Below are positions 19,032-29,184 of a stretch of 64,000 nt of DNA, piece after piece. The position numbers and the translations under genes are program-made. Each line of letters starts with the position of its first letter. Position 1 is the first letter of the stretch. A model generated the notes under the pieces. That model searched no databases, was not told where the DNA came from, and saw nothing but the letters and a program-made list of their open reading frames with translations. This DNA is from a virus (lineage: Duplodnaviria > Caudoviricetes), in IMG/VR virus record IMGVR_UViG_3300014205_000172, positions 160,001-224,000 of that record, one strand, 5' to 3'.

Positions 19032-19378
19032 ACAAAGAATTTGATCTGCACAGTAACCGTGGAGAATCATGGAATGGTTTTCCCACGTTGGAAATCCACA
19101 GCCACTCAAAAGGCCCACTTGCGGTTCTTGTCGATGGTAACGAACCCCACTTGATGATGAGCATTGTTAGCGTAGTTGACCACATCACAGAACCTCGTGA
19201 TGTAGACGATTATTCGGTTGAGTCAACAGGTGATCTGAATAGTCAGATCAACCCTGTGTGGGATCTAGTTTGGACCCTCAGATCAGGTGAAAAAATTACA
19301 CTAGGTCAGGTAACCACAGAAGTTGGCGCTAACAACCTTCTGACCTATTTGAAGGAAGTGGCTAGCAATGAGAACTAA
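19028..19378 (+). CDS. Hypothetical protein
   Basis: ATGA overlap. Confidence 0.65.
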   Translation: MNKEFDLHSNRGESWNGFPTLEIHSHSKGPLAVLVDGNEPHLMMSIVSVVDHITEPRDVDDYSVESTGDLNSQINPVWDLVWTLRSGEKITLGQVTTEVGANNLLTYLKEVASNEN

Positions 19379-19673
19379 GATCAACTGGCCGGATACAACC
19401 TACGCGATGTCTGGCATGGATACGTTTTGCGGCGGACCTTCCCATGAGGATCGCACTGCCAACAGCTACTATCGTGAAGTCAAACCGATGGTGGAACGTA
19501 TTGTCCACAACCTCGAACAGGAGATCGATCTCCTCAACGCTGAGCTCAATCGTTTAAAGGAAGAGCTAAAATCTACAAAACCACGCGTTAAGTATAATCA
19601 AGGTTCTGGCGTGTGGGAATTAGTCCAAGCCCAATGTGGTTGGAAACCCGACATGACTAAAGAAGAGGTTTAG
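19368..19673 (+). CDS. Hypothetical coiled-coil protein
   Basis: Overlap coupling. Confidence 0.65.
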   Translation: MRTKINWPDTTYAMSGMDTFCGGPSHEDRTANSYYREVKPMVERIVHNLEQEIDLLNAELNRLKEELKSTKPRVKYNQGSGVWELVQAQCGWKPDMTKEEV

Positions 19674-20396
19674 ATGACAGGTCAGATTAAAGTAGGTGTC
19701 GCTATTCTCATCCGCCGCGAATCCTGCGCCGACGATACTATCCTGGCAGGTATACGTCAAGGCAGTCATGGCGCTAACACATGGTGCCCTCCAGGTGGTG
19801 GGTTGGAATACGGTGAAAGCGTAGAAGCTTGCGCGCGGCGCGAAGTGCTCGAAGAAACAGGGATGACTCTATTATCAGTTTCTCTACCATTTGCGGCTAC
19901 TGACGACATCGTTGATGGTACCCAGTGGATTACGCTATGGGTCAAGGCTACTGTTGCCGATGATGCAATGCCTAAGCTGATGGAGCCAGACAAATGCAGT
20001 GTGTGGGATTGGCATTGTTTGTTCCAAGTTCCAACACCTCACTTCAGACCGTTTACACTCCTGTTGAAACAAATCATGGCAGGCGATAATTACGCTCACC
20101 AAATTATCACAATTCCGGCAGTGACTGACGATATAAAGCCAGGCGAATACGTATTTGCTAGTCGTTATAGCGATGCGGACCCTGGCGATCCTTGGTGTGT
20201 TGGATACGTTACAGACGTACGCGTTAAAGCAGGGTACCTTATAATCGGCGAGTATAGCACACGCGGCTGGCGACACGCTCGGAGGATCACAGCTGAACAA
20301 GGTCAGCGGATTCTTGAACGGTACCCAGCTATGGAAAATGGCCCCTCCCTCCCTTATCACAACATCGCCAAAGTCTTTGGTATCGAAGGAATTTAA
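19674..20396 (+). CDS. Nudix hydrolase with extra C-terminal domain
   Basis: Nudix box GGLEYGESVEACARREVLEETG; EPDKC..W.W. Confidence 0.9.
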   Translation: MTGQIKVGVAILIRRESCADDTILAGIRQGSHGANTWCPPGGGLEYGESVEACARREVLEETGMTLLSVSLPFAATDDIVDGTQWITLWVKATVADDAMPKLMEPDKCSVWDWHCLFQVPTPHFRPFTLLLKQIMAGDNYAHQIITIPAVTDDIKPGEYVFASRYSDADPGDPWCVGYVTDVRVKAGYLIIGEYSTRGWRHARRITAEQGQRILERYPAMENGPSLPYHNIAKVFGIEGI

Positions 20397-20398
20397 CC

Positions 20399-20959
20399 AT
20401 GCGTAAGAAAAAGATCTACCTCGGTCAAGTCACAGCACCTACCAGCTATCTTGTAAAGGGTTTTCTGGCCGGTAACTTGTTGTCTATCGAAAAGACCCTT
20501 TACAAAAAACTTGGGCGTGAAAACGTTCCACTGGTCAGTAACCTATTTGACGTATTGTCAAATTATTTTATCCCGCGAAATCCCGCGCTTGGTTTTAATG
20601 AAATTGACCCGAAGCTACTCCTTGACCTGGTCAATGATACTGCCATGACGAACTTCTCTTTATCCGAGGTGGAGATTTCATCGGCTACGATCAACGGATC
20701 TGGTTACCTTCTCATCAAGTCAAGCAAAACCTCGACCTTTCGCGGCGTTTCAATTTTGACGTTCGACGCGGAGACCGATTTGCTAAAATTGAAAGATCAT
20801 CAGTACACCACCCCTGAGTCTGAAGAGTGGGCATATTACGAGGGTGGCAAGGCCGAGCGTAAAACAAAGAGTCGCGTTAAAGAACGTGCTCGTGAACGTG
20901 AGGTCATGTACCTGCGTTGGAAATCAAGCTCGCACTTTCTCTCCGCGCTTACACACTAA
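20399..20959 (+). CDS. Hypothetical protein
   Basis: AAGGA RBS. Confidence 0.7.
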   Translation: MRKKKIYLGQVTAPTSYLVKGFLAGNLLSIEKTLYKKLGRENVPLVSNLFDVLSNYFIPRNPALGFNEIDPKLLLDLVNDTAMTNFSLSEVEISSATINGSGYLLIKSSKTSTFRGVSILTFDAETDLLKLKDHQYTTPESEEWAYYEGGKAERKTKSRVKERAREREVMYLRWKSSSHFLSALTH

Positions 20960-21110
20960 GGAGTTTAACAATGACCTCTTGCACTGTGGCCATCCACGCA
21001 CCTAAGGAACGCAACAAGCTGGATTATTCCCTGGCGGACCGGGGTTCCAAGGTCACCCACTTGATCCAGGCCAATACGCCATGGTACGATTAAACTCTTA
21101 AGGACGGCAC

Positions 21111-21383
21111 ATGCCGAAATACCAGCCTGATGATGTCGTGTACGCCGTCCGGAAGATTGATGAGCCTGCAAGTGGGGATAGTCCGGGCGGAAGGCTTTGT
21201 AAGTTTGCGGATAAGTTAATCGTCCGCAGAGAGTCGATGCTTGACGGTAAACACGCTTATTCCGTGAGTCATGAAGGTAGAACAGACGGCAAGACGTTCG
21301 CTGTACATCCTCACGAAATTAGCTACATGAAACCCTTCATTCATAATGACCCCGATCATTACGTCTATACCTGGAAGAGATAA
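21111..21383 (+). CDS. Hypothetical protein
   Basis: AAGGA RBS. Confidence 0.65.
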   Translation: MPKYQPDDVVYAVRKIDEPASGDSPGGRLCKFADKLIVRRESMLDGKHAYSVSHEGRTDGKTFAVHPHEISYMKPFIHNDPDHYVYTWKR

Positions 21384-21385
21384 AC

Positions 21386-21805
21386 ATGCCAATCAATAAA
21401 GATGAACAACTCCAAGTGCTCGCTGATCTATGCGGCGTTGACCTGAGTAAGACTAGTGTTATCCCAGTCACTAATCATGAAGAATGGCAACAAGGTTACG
21501 ATGCCGTTTTCAAGACCGAAGATGGCAGCATTTACAAACCTTATCGGATGGTCAGCCTACCGGCCTTGTTTCGGAACATCTCACCCATCGTTGAAGTCAA
21601 AGGTCAGTTCGACACAAAGGCGGCGCTAGCCGAGTTGGAGCGCATGTACGGCGTGAAGTTCACCACGAATGACGTAACCATTCAATTCATTGAAGGGCGG
21701 CGTATCGAGCCTGGCCACAGCTATGATGCACACATCCTGAGCAAGGTGAGTTCGCAAGTCTACAAAGGCTGTGCGACGCTTCGACTCTACAACCCAAAGG
21801 CGTAA
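21386..21805 (+). CDS. phiKZ-like virion/tail-associated repeat-domain protein
   Basis: Y.R/M..L..LF ... YGVKFTTNDV ... S.VY.G pattern shared with 58095, 59913 and 61581 ORFs. Confidence 0.5.
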   Translation: MPINKDEQLQVLADLCGVDLSKTSVIPVTNHEEWQQGYDAVFKTEDGSIYKPYRMVSLPALFRNISPIVEVKGQFDTKAALAELERMYGVKFTTNDVTIQFIEGRRIEPGHSYDAHILSKVSSQVYKGCATLRLYNPKA

Positions 21806-21808
21806 ACC

Positions 21809-22333
21809 ATGGAACTCACCTGGTCTGATTTAGAAGGGCGTCTGGACGAGTTTCAATACCGTACAGACATCGTTGAGAAAGGCGAGGACATGCCAAGTGA
21901 TGTTTCCGTGGACTACGTGTGCGGCCATCACCTGGTTCCTCTGATCAACGTCTGCTCCAATCGTGAAGCCTACCTCATGAACTGCTACGGCCTGGATATG
22001 CGGAGCAATAAAAAGCCTTTTCCTGAAATCGTCAATAAGGTGGATCGTTACAAGAAGATCGCTGAAACGATGTCAATTAACGATCTTTCTGAAGCGGCCG
22101 ATGACGTGATGGTTTACGGTGAAGCAGATGATCATCTGTTTGCCTTCTGGATGCACCGCTCTGATCGTTGTCAAGTGATCAAGATGACAAAGGTCGTACC
22201 TCTGGCCAAGTTCATCGAGCTGCACCTCCAGCACATCAAGGAAGCCTTCGAACACTGGAACTATACAGACACTGACAAAGAGCCCATCATCACTCGTATA
22301 TCCGGCGAGATGGGTGTCGTTAACTGGGTTTAA
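21809..22333 (+). CDS. Hypothetical protein
   Basis: Operon context. Confidence 0.7.
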   Translation: MELTWSDLEGRLDEFQYRTDIVEKGEDMPSDVSVDYVCGHHLVPLINVCSNREAYLMNCYGLDMRSNKKPFPEIVNKVDRYKKIAETMSINDLSEAADDVMVYGEADDHLFAFWMHRSDRCQVIKMTKVVPLAKFIELHLQHIKEAFEHWNYTDTDKEPIITRISGEMGVVNWV

Positions 22334-22406
22334 CGTACCAGTAACAAAATACCTGCAATATCCCTAATATGCAAAACCCACACTTGACCTACAGTAAGGA
22401 AACTGC

Positions 22407-22706
22407 ATGGAGATTTTTCTCTGGTGGATTATCCCTCTGCTGGTCTGTTCATTAACCCTGTGGTCATGGATCATTCGGGGTAGTTTGCCGGGCGCCTTTG
22501 TGCCGTCTGCCATTTACTTCCGTGTGAAACAAGTGGTTATCTCCACGGCAGGCTTCTGGGGCCTGCACGGGATGATTTCCATCTTACTGAACACCTGGAA
22601 TAGACCTTCGGAAATCAAGCTCGGTCGCGTTACCGTACGGGCACTGCATTGGGCAGTGTATCCATCACGGTCGCTAAAACATATCGCAATGCCTGAGTCG
22701 GGATAA
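22407..22706 (+). CDS. Putative membrane protein
   Basis: AAGGA RBS; hydrophobic segments. Confidence 0.55.
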   Translation: MEIFLWWIIPLLVCSLTLWSWIIRGSLPGAFVPSAIYFRVKQVVISTAGFWGLHGMISILLNTWNRPSEIKLGRVTVRALHWAVYPSRSLKHIAMPESG

Positions 22707-22926
22707 CCGCTCACCAGAAAGGCGCTGATCAATATCAGCGCATACTGCTTCGTGCGCATACACGTCGTAGGTTCTACCCTCCCCGATGTAAATTCCATTG
22801 ACCAGTTGTGTTCCAGCGGCCTTGACGGGTTAGCTGAGTTCCGTACTGCAGGTAATGGACAGGGGAGGTATTTCTTCTTATTTATGCTGTATATTTTCTT
22901 ATTTGACACTGTAGAAGGATTGCCTC

Positions 22927-23799
22927 ATGGACTTGTTTCGTAACTTCGCAAAGTTTGCAACCTACGATCCTAGAGATAAGGATCAGAATAGAGCGTTTGG
23001 TGAAATCGCTAAACGAGACTTTCAAAATGCTGAAAGGTTCGTACTTCCGTTGAATGGACGCATCCTCGATAACGGCGGTGATAGCCTTGGTCAAGAGATG
23101 CGTCTTCCGTACCCTTCTATCACACTTGAGTTTGAATCTGAGTACAATCCAGATATTGGTTGGGATGATCTTGGTGCGCAGATGGAGAAGATGTCGTTCG
23201 CTAACAACATTTTTAGTCACCAGATTGTATTTGCTGAACAAGCATTGGATGGAACGATTACGGTACAACTTGCATCTAAGTTTCGCCCCGGCGGTCAGAA
23301 TGCTGGTCGTTGGACACTGTGGCCGTTCAAGATGAGTTTCTCTAACAAGCTTGGTGCTGACCTAGACGTAGTAGCAAACATCACACCTACGCGCATGTCA
23401 GGAATGGCTGCTTATAAAGACCATACCGAAGAAGAAAACAAAGCGCTTGCTCCGGCCGTTGGTCTCACTATTCTTAAGCCTGCATTTAAAGCAGTTGCTG
23501 AGTTGTTAGAGGCATTGGGCTGTTCTAATGTAAAGGCAGAAAAGAAACCCAACAAGAAACGTTTAGCTGGCCGACGTTCAGGTGAACTACCTTACGACGA
23601 TTATCACGAACTAATTGTCTACACGTCCCGTGGGGCAAACGAGCGAAGTGAAAGTATTTCGGGTGGTGCTAAACGTCGTGAGCATTTACGTCGTGGTCAC
23701 ATTCGCCGTTACCAGTCTGGTTTGAAAATCTGGGTTCAGGCACACGTCGTCAATGCTGGAGCTGCCGGTAAAGTCACCAAACACTATAAGGTTAAATAA
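22927..23799 (+). CDS. Conserved phage protein with C-terminal R-x-H-x-R-x-G-H motif
   Basis: RREHLRRGHIRR...IWVQAHVVN. Confidence 0.75.
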   Translation: MDLFRNFAKFATYDPRDKDQNRAFGEIAKRDFQNAERFVLPLNGRILDNGGDSLGQEMRLPYPSITLEFESEYNPDIGWDDLGAQMEKMSFANNIFSHQIVFAEQALDGTITVQLASKFRPGGQNAGRWTLWPFKMSFSNKLGADLDVVANITPTRMSGMAAYKDHTEEENKALAPAVGLTILKPAFKAVAELLEALGCSNVKAEKKPNKKRLAGRRSGELPYDDYHELIVYTSRGANERSESISGGAKRREHLRRGHIRRYQSGLKIWVQAHVVNAGAAGKVTKHYKVK

Positions 23800-23805
23800 A
23801 CCACT

Positions 23806-24168
23806 ATGAAAATTGTATCTCGTGAAGAGTTTCTCGCCATTAAAGGTGAGGTCGTTTTTGGAATCGTTGAAGAACACGGGCAGGATATCGGGCTCAACAC
23901 TCTTTATATCAAAGCTGGCAATGTCGGACCTAACGACTATTGTTACGACACGCTTGACGCCGGTGCTTTGGAGGTAGGGGCGTCAGTAAATGCCGAGTAT
24001 TGGGACCAGATAGAGAAACTGAAGAAGGGTGAAGAAGTACCTTTAGATTTTTCATGTGCGTCAAGAGCGGCTTTAGATATTCGAGATAACCAAAAATACG
24101 CCATCCTTGATACCGCCGATGTAACCCGTTTGCGTGATCGTTTGAATCAGGTGCTTAACGCTAGCTAA
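23806..24168 (+). CDS. Hypothetical phage protein
   Basis: MKIVSREEFL start; operon context. Confidence 0.7.
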   Translation: MKIVSREEFLAIKGEVVFGIVEEHGQDIGLNTLYIKAGNVGPNDYCYDTLDAGALEVGASVNAEYWDQIEKLKKGEEVPLDFSCASRAALDIRDNQKYAILDTADVTRLRDRLNQVLNAS

Positions 24169-24282
24169 CAGCATACAGCCAGGGGTAATTCCCTGGCTGG
24201 TTTCTTATGTTCTTTTTTGTTTAGGTAACGGTTCCTTGGTCGTACATTACCGACTCGAACAACTTACTTAAGGAGTCCTACT

Positions 24283-25356
24283 GTGGACAATCGCACACCT
24301 GTTCCAAAGCACGTCCCTCTCATGACTAGCGCTAAGTACTCCCTTACAGGCGATACTTCATTAGAAACCGTCGAGTACATGGGTCGTAAGATGGCTCTGG
24401 CTATGGCGCACGAACACCCTGAAGAAGTAGATCGCCTGCGCCGAGAAGCGTATAACCGTAACGCTTTGAAGAACCTTCGTGACCGGATGTTAATCAAAGA
24501 CAATCAGCTCGATCAAATGATGCTCGGCCGTGGCAGTATGGATAACACCATGGATGTTCTAATGAAGCCAGAGGTTCAGCACTCGGCTATCATGCAAGGC
24601 GTGATGGAATACATCAACGATCTTGAGCTCACTGCGTCTTCAGAGATGCTGAATGAATACGTTGCGTCTGCTGAGGCCAGTCGGTTTGTGTTTGGCGATA
24701 ATGCTAACTACAAGTTTGATCAAAACGCAATGACCACTCCACTTGAAATGCCATTCCAGAACTGCGTGTTCGAGTTTGACAATAAGGGCGCTAAGGCTCT
24801 GGTTCGTGTTAAACAGCACCGCGTCCAGAACAAGATGCATAACAACGGTAAGCCAGTGCTTCTGGTCACCATGTTCTACAAGGTGAGTGACGAAAGTCAG
24901 TGGGTCTACCGTAACATCATTCAGCGCGTCCAGCATGATTCTACTGGGAAGCTACAAGTAATGTACGTAGATCCTAAAGGTGTCTTGGACGCATTGGGTA
25001 AGGATGAGTACAAAGAAGTAAAAACCCAGTTCAAGAAATACCTGAACGCCATCCTCGCATTGCTGCACGGACTTGATAACAAGAAAATTATCATCGTCCG
25101 ACCTTCCGGCAACTTGCACACAGCAGGTGAGATGAAGACGGAGGATGGTGTCAGCGTTGTTTGGATGTCTGGCGTTATCAAACGTCCAACCGAACACTTG
25201 GGTGGTACTCACGCCTCGCCTCGTGAACACGAACGTGCCGGTCATTGGCGCACTCTGCAAAGCGGTAAGCGGATTCGTATCAAAGCCCTGACTGTCAATA
25301 AAGGCACTAAGGGTAAGATTGATAAAACCTACCGCATTAATAAGGATAGCTTTTAA
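24283..25356 (+). CDS. Paralog of 22927-23799
   Basis: EMPFQNCVFEF; HASPREHERAGHWR. Confidence 0.75.
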   Translation: MDNRTPVPKHVPLMTSAKYSLTGDTSLETVEYMGRKMALAMAHEHPEEVDRLRREAYNRNALKNLRDRMLIKDNQLDQMMLGRGSMDNTMDVLMKPEVQHSAIMQGVMEYINDLELTASSEMLNEYVASAEASRFVFGDNANYKFDQNAMTTPLEMPFQNCVFEFDNKGAKALVRVKQHRVQNKMHNNGKPVLLVTMFYKVSDESQWVYRNIIQRVQHDSTGKLQVMYVDPKGVLDALGKDEYKEVKTQFKKYLNAILALLHGLDNKKIIIVRPSGNLHTAGEMKTEDGVSVVWMSGVIKRPTEHLGGTHASPREHERAGHWRTLQSGKRIRIKALTVNKGTKGKIDKTYRINKDSF

Positions 25357-25685
25357 TGACAAATGTATTTGATATAGCTGCTGCTGATTTCGATCTTTCA
25401 GCTCTGCGGATGGCCCGTATTTTAACTGGGTCGCGGGCTGCGGCAATATCCATGCTGGACAGTTATCAACCAAGGGTCTATCGGAACTCTGATAAAATGC
25501 CTCGGCATCCACGGTCTGCAACAGCACATGAGTTCCTGAAGGACCATCCGCACTTTTCAGGATACCTAGAAGTTGTTCACGATCACCCGATTGATTACGT
25601 AGGTAATGTCGGTCACGTCTTTCTGGACGCTTTACCAAAGTCTGGATTTTGTGGATCGGTAACAATGACATTCATTGCCGACTAG
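25356..25685 (+). CDS. Hypothetical protein
   Basis: TAATG coupling. Confidence 0.6.
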   Translation: MTNVFDIAAADFDLSALRMARILTGSRAAAISMLDSYQPRVYRNSDKMPRHPRSATAHEFLKDHPHFSGYLEVVHDHPIDYVGNVGHVFLDALPKSGFCGSVTMTFIAD

Positions 25686-25695
25686 GAGTTTGAAA

Positions 25696-25941
25696 ATGAC
25701 CGCTCCAAATAACAAACCAGTTTCTGGCGAAGATCTGATTCGCTTCGCTAACTATCTGAGCAAGAATCCAGCGTGGGGTTCTTTACACATTGTCCTTGCT
25801 GATGACAATATCAAGGACTGTCATGTGCAGTGGTGTATCGACCACGCTCGTGAGATTGGCGATACGGAAGGTGAATATCTGGCCAAAGTTCTTCTCACTC
25901 TCAGCAAGTCTCAGCGTTACAACCTGCCTCGAAGACTCTAG
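25696..25941 (+). CDS. Hypothetical phage protein
   Basis: AGGAG RBS; GSLHIVLADDN. Confidence 0.7.
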   Translation: MTAPNNKPVSGEDLIRFANYLSKNPAWGSLHIVLADDNIKDCHVQWCIDHAREIGDTEGEYLAKVLLTLSKSQRYNLPRRL

Positions 25942-25951
25942 GTGACTAACG

Positions 25952-26155
25952 ATGACCAAGCTGCCATTACCGCGCGGTGCGTTCGCCTACACCGACACAG
26001 AAGGTAAAGAGAGGACGGGTTACGTCACCTCTAATCCTGACCGCCGTACGACCACTTGGCGACGTATGAAGAAACATATCGCCGAACAAGCCGCCCTGAA
26101 GTTAAAGAAGGAACAAGAAGATGTCCAAGCTCTCCAACCTACATGCCCGCGTTAA
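25952..26155 (+). CDS. Hypothetical protein
   Basis: AGGT RBS. Confidence 0.55.
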   Translation: MTKLPLPRGAFAYTDTEGKERTGYVTSNPDRRTTTWRRMKKHIAEQAALKLKKEQEDVQALQPTCPR

Positions 26156-26621
26156 AGCACTCGAAGCTGAACTCGCCGGCAAGTACACTCAGCAAGAACT
26201 GTTCGATAAAAAGATCACAGAGCTTGAGCAACAAAATACTTATCTGCGTAATGAGTTGAGTAGTTCGCAAGGCTACAGTGTTACGCTTGAAGGCCGCTTG
26301 ATGAAGTGGGAAGGCACGCCAGCTTCCCGCCATGAGCTGAAGGGTGAAAAAGACCCATTCGTCAACTACCTCGATAAAGAGCGTGCTGATTTGGCGTTGG
26401 GTGACATGACTGACGATGCCCTCGCCACTGCCATCTTCATGAACTACGACGTGTTCCCACCGGTTCAAGATCTGCTTTCAGGCGCAGGTAAAATGCCCAT
26501 CGCCTACATGACCGGTGGTAAAGAACGCATTCGCTGGCTGTCACGTCAAGTGATCCGCCTCAGTGACGAACTGGAAACGTACAAAGCCGCAGGTAACCCT
26601 AAAGGCACTCTGGAGGTTTAA
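26121..26621 (+). CDS. Hypothetical phage protein (coiled coil plus TDD..KERIRWLSR domain)
   Basis: AAGGA RBS. Confidence 0.7.
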   Translation: MSKLSNLHARVKALEAELAGKYTQQELFDKKITELEQQNTYLRNELSSSQGYSVTLEGRLMKWEGTPASRHELKGEKDPFVNYLDKERADLALGDMTDDALATAIFMNYDVFPPVQDLLSGAGKMPIAYMTGGKERIRWLSRQVIRLSDELETYKAAGNPKGTLEV

Positions 26622-26891
26622 ATGTCGAACAAGTTGAAGTTGGTGAACCTCACCATTCGTGCCGAAGTCTTTGGCGAAGGCGTTCTCGACGTCAAAGAAT
26701 GTCTGGTTTCTATGGGCATTGCTGTAACGCCTGTTTCTGAAACCGACCCAGGTTTCGCTGTCAATCGTAAGCGTTTGTTTGAAGACAATTACGAGTTTGA
26801 CTTCACCGAAGAAAATGGGATCATCAATTACTCACCGGCGGACGAACCAAAGAACGGGACCATCGACATCATTATTGAAGTGTCCGACTAA
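26622..26891 (+). CDS. Hypothetical protein
   Basis: GGAGG RBS. Confidence 0.7.
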   Translation: MSNKLKLVNLTIRAEVFGEGVLDVKECLVSMGIAVTPVSETDPGFAVNRKRLFEDNYEFDFTEENGIINYSPADEPKNGTIDIIIEVSD

Positions 26892-27148
26892 TGCCCAGTG
26901 TTAAGGTTACGGAGCGTTACGGTGAAACTTTAGTGCTGACTACAGGTTGTGCTGAAGAGATCGTAACGTTGACAGTTCTTGCTCCAGACGATGTGATTCA
27001 ACGCATCGTGGACAAGCATCAAAAAACCTGTGAAAGTGCTTACAACATTGCTCAGTGGCTGGTAGCCAAAAACTGGGCAGTGCTTACTGAAATTAAAACC
27101 GTAACGCTTATTCAGTCGTTACAAATAGAAGCCAGGAGAGAACCATGA
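26891..27148 (+). CDS. Hypothetical protein
   Basis: TAATG coupling. Confidence 0.65.
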   Translation: MPSVKVTERYGETLVLTTGCAEEIVTLTVLAPDDVIQRIVDKHQKTCESAYNIAQWLVAKNWAVLTEIKTVTLIQSLQIEARREP

Positions 27149-27384
27149 ATGTTGCAGATATGTTGAAACTCACGCCGCCTAAAGACGCTACCCACTTTGT
27201 GCTGGACGACGATGGGTTCAGCGCCGCCTGGTACATGTACGATGGCGCTACGCTGTATGGTCAGCCTATGGCAAGCGTTGGTCCGGATCAGGACTGGACT
27301 GAAGTCAAGGGCGGCGTACGCGCAGTACGTTCTATCAAGAACGACGCCGAAGCTATCTTCGAACGCTCTAAGCAAGGACTGTAG
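27145..27384 (+). CDS. Hypothetical protein
   Basis: AGGAG RBS; P.DATH motif. Confidence 0.65.
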   Translation: MNVADMLKLTPPKDATHFVLDDDGFSAAWYMYDGATLYGQPMASVGPDQDWTEVKGGVRAVRSIKNDAEAIFERSKQGL

Positions 27385-27386
27385 CC

Positions 27387-27851
27387 ATGCTTGAACCACT
27401 AATCACACACGCCACTGATTTTAGTGGATCGTATTTGGATAACCTTGGTCGGGGGTTGTTCTTCGGTGGGTTGTTGTTCATGACCTATACTTTCATCTGG
27501 CTGGGTGCCGTGCTCTGGAACATCACCTGGTCGTGGATCGATGAGCAACCACGTCAGTGCCATAACTGCTTCAGCATATTCATCGCCAAGCTTACCGGGT
27601 ATGAACACATCGGAAGCCTGTATGCCTGGCGGTCTGAAAGCATGGGAAGTACTGACTTCATTCACCTACTCCCCATGCTTACCGTGTTTGCAGGACCTGC
27701 GGTCCTTATAACGCTTCTGACGTTCTACAGCCTTACGCTAACTGTAGTCGTAGCGTTTGCTCTGGCGCATCTGACGCGGTATATCCGCCGGATGAAGAAA
27801 GCCTTTGACAAGCACGTCACGGATAAAGACGCGCACAAAGGGGACGTCTGA
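27387..27851 (+). CDS. Membrane protein
   Basis: Several TM helices; C-terminal FDKHVTDKDAH. Confidence 0.75.
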   Translation: MLEPLITHATDFSGSYLDNLGRGLFFGGLLFMTYTFIWLGAVLWNITWSWIDEQPRQCHNCFSIFIAKLTGYEHIGSLYAWRSESMGSTDFIHLLPMLTVFAGPAVLITLLTFYSLTLTVVVAFALAHLTRYIRRMKKAFDKHVTDKDAHKGDV

Positions 27852-27852
27852 C

Positions 27853-28476
27853 ATGGATACTCCAGAAGTCCTGTTTGATAAAACAGCTATAGAAATGCAC
27901 GATAAGGTGATCAACGAACTCCTTAGCGAACTCCCCATGTCTGCTAAGATGATCGCCTTGGAAGTGCTGGCTAAGCATCATCAGAAGTACACCATCACTG
28001 AGCCAACCGCGCCGCCTGTAGCCGATATGCTTAGTGTATGGGGAAAAGTGGCAGTGGCCGGTGAACGTGCATCTATGGCGTTCACAAATGCTCGGCGCAA
28101 ATTGATCCGCAGCCTGTTCAAGGTGTACGGGTTCAAGGTGAAGGAAGGTGAATCGGATTTGAAGGAATACGTCTTCAAGGCCGGTGAAGCGCTGATGGAT
28201 AAGATGGACCAGTACTACCGCGAAGTCGGCGTGGTGGCCATTGCCAACATGGGCGAGTTCTCCGAGAAAACCATTGAGCACTACGAAGCAATGGAAGATC
28301 GGTCGAAGTGGGGGCCGGGTAAGTGGTACGAACACCTCGGTGCTGTACTCGACGACCAGGGTCGTGTTGTCTTTGGCAGCGTATACGCTGTTGAGAAAAT
28401 GATGGAACTGCGTCTGACGGAATATGTCCGAGGTATTGTTCTGGCCGCCGCTATCCAAAATAAGCAAGGGGAATGA
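27853..28476 (+). CDS. Hypothetical protein
   Basis: Operon context. Confidence 0.7.
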   Translation: MDTPEVLFDKTAIEMHDKVINELLSELPMSAKMIALEVLAKHHQKYTITEPTAPPVADMLSVWGKVAVAGERASMAFTNARRKLIRSLFKVYGFKVKEGESDLKEYVFKAGEALMDKMDQYYREVGVVAIANMGEFSEKTIEHYEAMEDRSKWGPGKWYEHLGAVLDDQGRVVFGSVYAVEKMMELRLTEYVRGIVLAAAIQNKQGE

Positions 28477-28477
28477 C

Positions 28478-29131
28478 GTGGAGTTAGAATTCAAATATTT
28501 TGTCCGTGATGGTTGGTGTCTCACGATCCCTGGGGATATTAACGAATACCCGGTACAGGCAAAGCGTGAATGGGTTGGTGAGGGTGTTGAAATTGTCAGC
28601 GACATGCTTCTGCCGATTGGCGGTGAGTCTGTCATCGGGGAACTTCGCCTGCAGCCGGTGCTGCATGGGTCGGTCGACCCTACGCGTCTTGCGTGGATCG
28701 TTTGTACAGAAAACCGCAAGTTTTCCATGACGGTTGTACAGTTCAAGGTTGATGACAAGTATTTCAACCCCGGTGCTCCTCTTGACGATGTGCTTTCGTT
28801 CAAACTTCCGGCGTCGTTTATCAACACCGCTGAGATACTCAGCGAGGTCGAACTAACGTATCGTCAGCTTTCCATCTTCCGCCAGTTCTTCAAAACGAAC
28901 AAAGCAATTGGTTCATTGCGCCGGGCAGAAGGAGTCGTGATTTTCGATAAGTTGGCCGATAAGCATTACCTCCTCACGAACCACAACCGCACGCCTCTGG
29001 AAGCTATCTGGCAGAGCGAGATCCCTGAGGCGTTGTCGGAAGATGAAGAAGGCGCGTTGTATCTGTACGAGCCCATGGTACGTAAAGACCAGATCATGGT
29101 AAATGCGTCGGCGTTCTTCTTCCCGCAATAA
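28478..29131 (+). CDS. Hypothetical protein
   Basis: GTG start after GGGGA. Confidence 0.7.
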   Translation: MELEFKYFVRDGWCLTIPGDINEYPVQAKREWVGEGVEIVSDMLLPIGGESVIGELRLQPVLHGSVDPTRLAWIVCTENRKFSMTVVQFKVDDKYFNPGAPLDDVLSFKLPASFINTAEILSEVELTYRQLSIFRQFFKTNKAIGSLRRAEGVVIFDKLADKHYLLTNHNRTPLEAIWQSEIPEALSEDEEGALYLYEPMVRKDQIMVNASAFFFPQ

Positions 29132-29184
29132 GTCGTCATACACCACGGCTAAAAAAAAGCCGTGGTGTCTTCGAGGTAAGCCTT

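Noticed and set aside
27817-28827. 336-aa - strand ORF
   Set aside because: Spans two well-supported + strand genes; no recognisable features.
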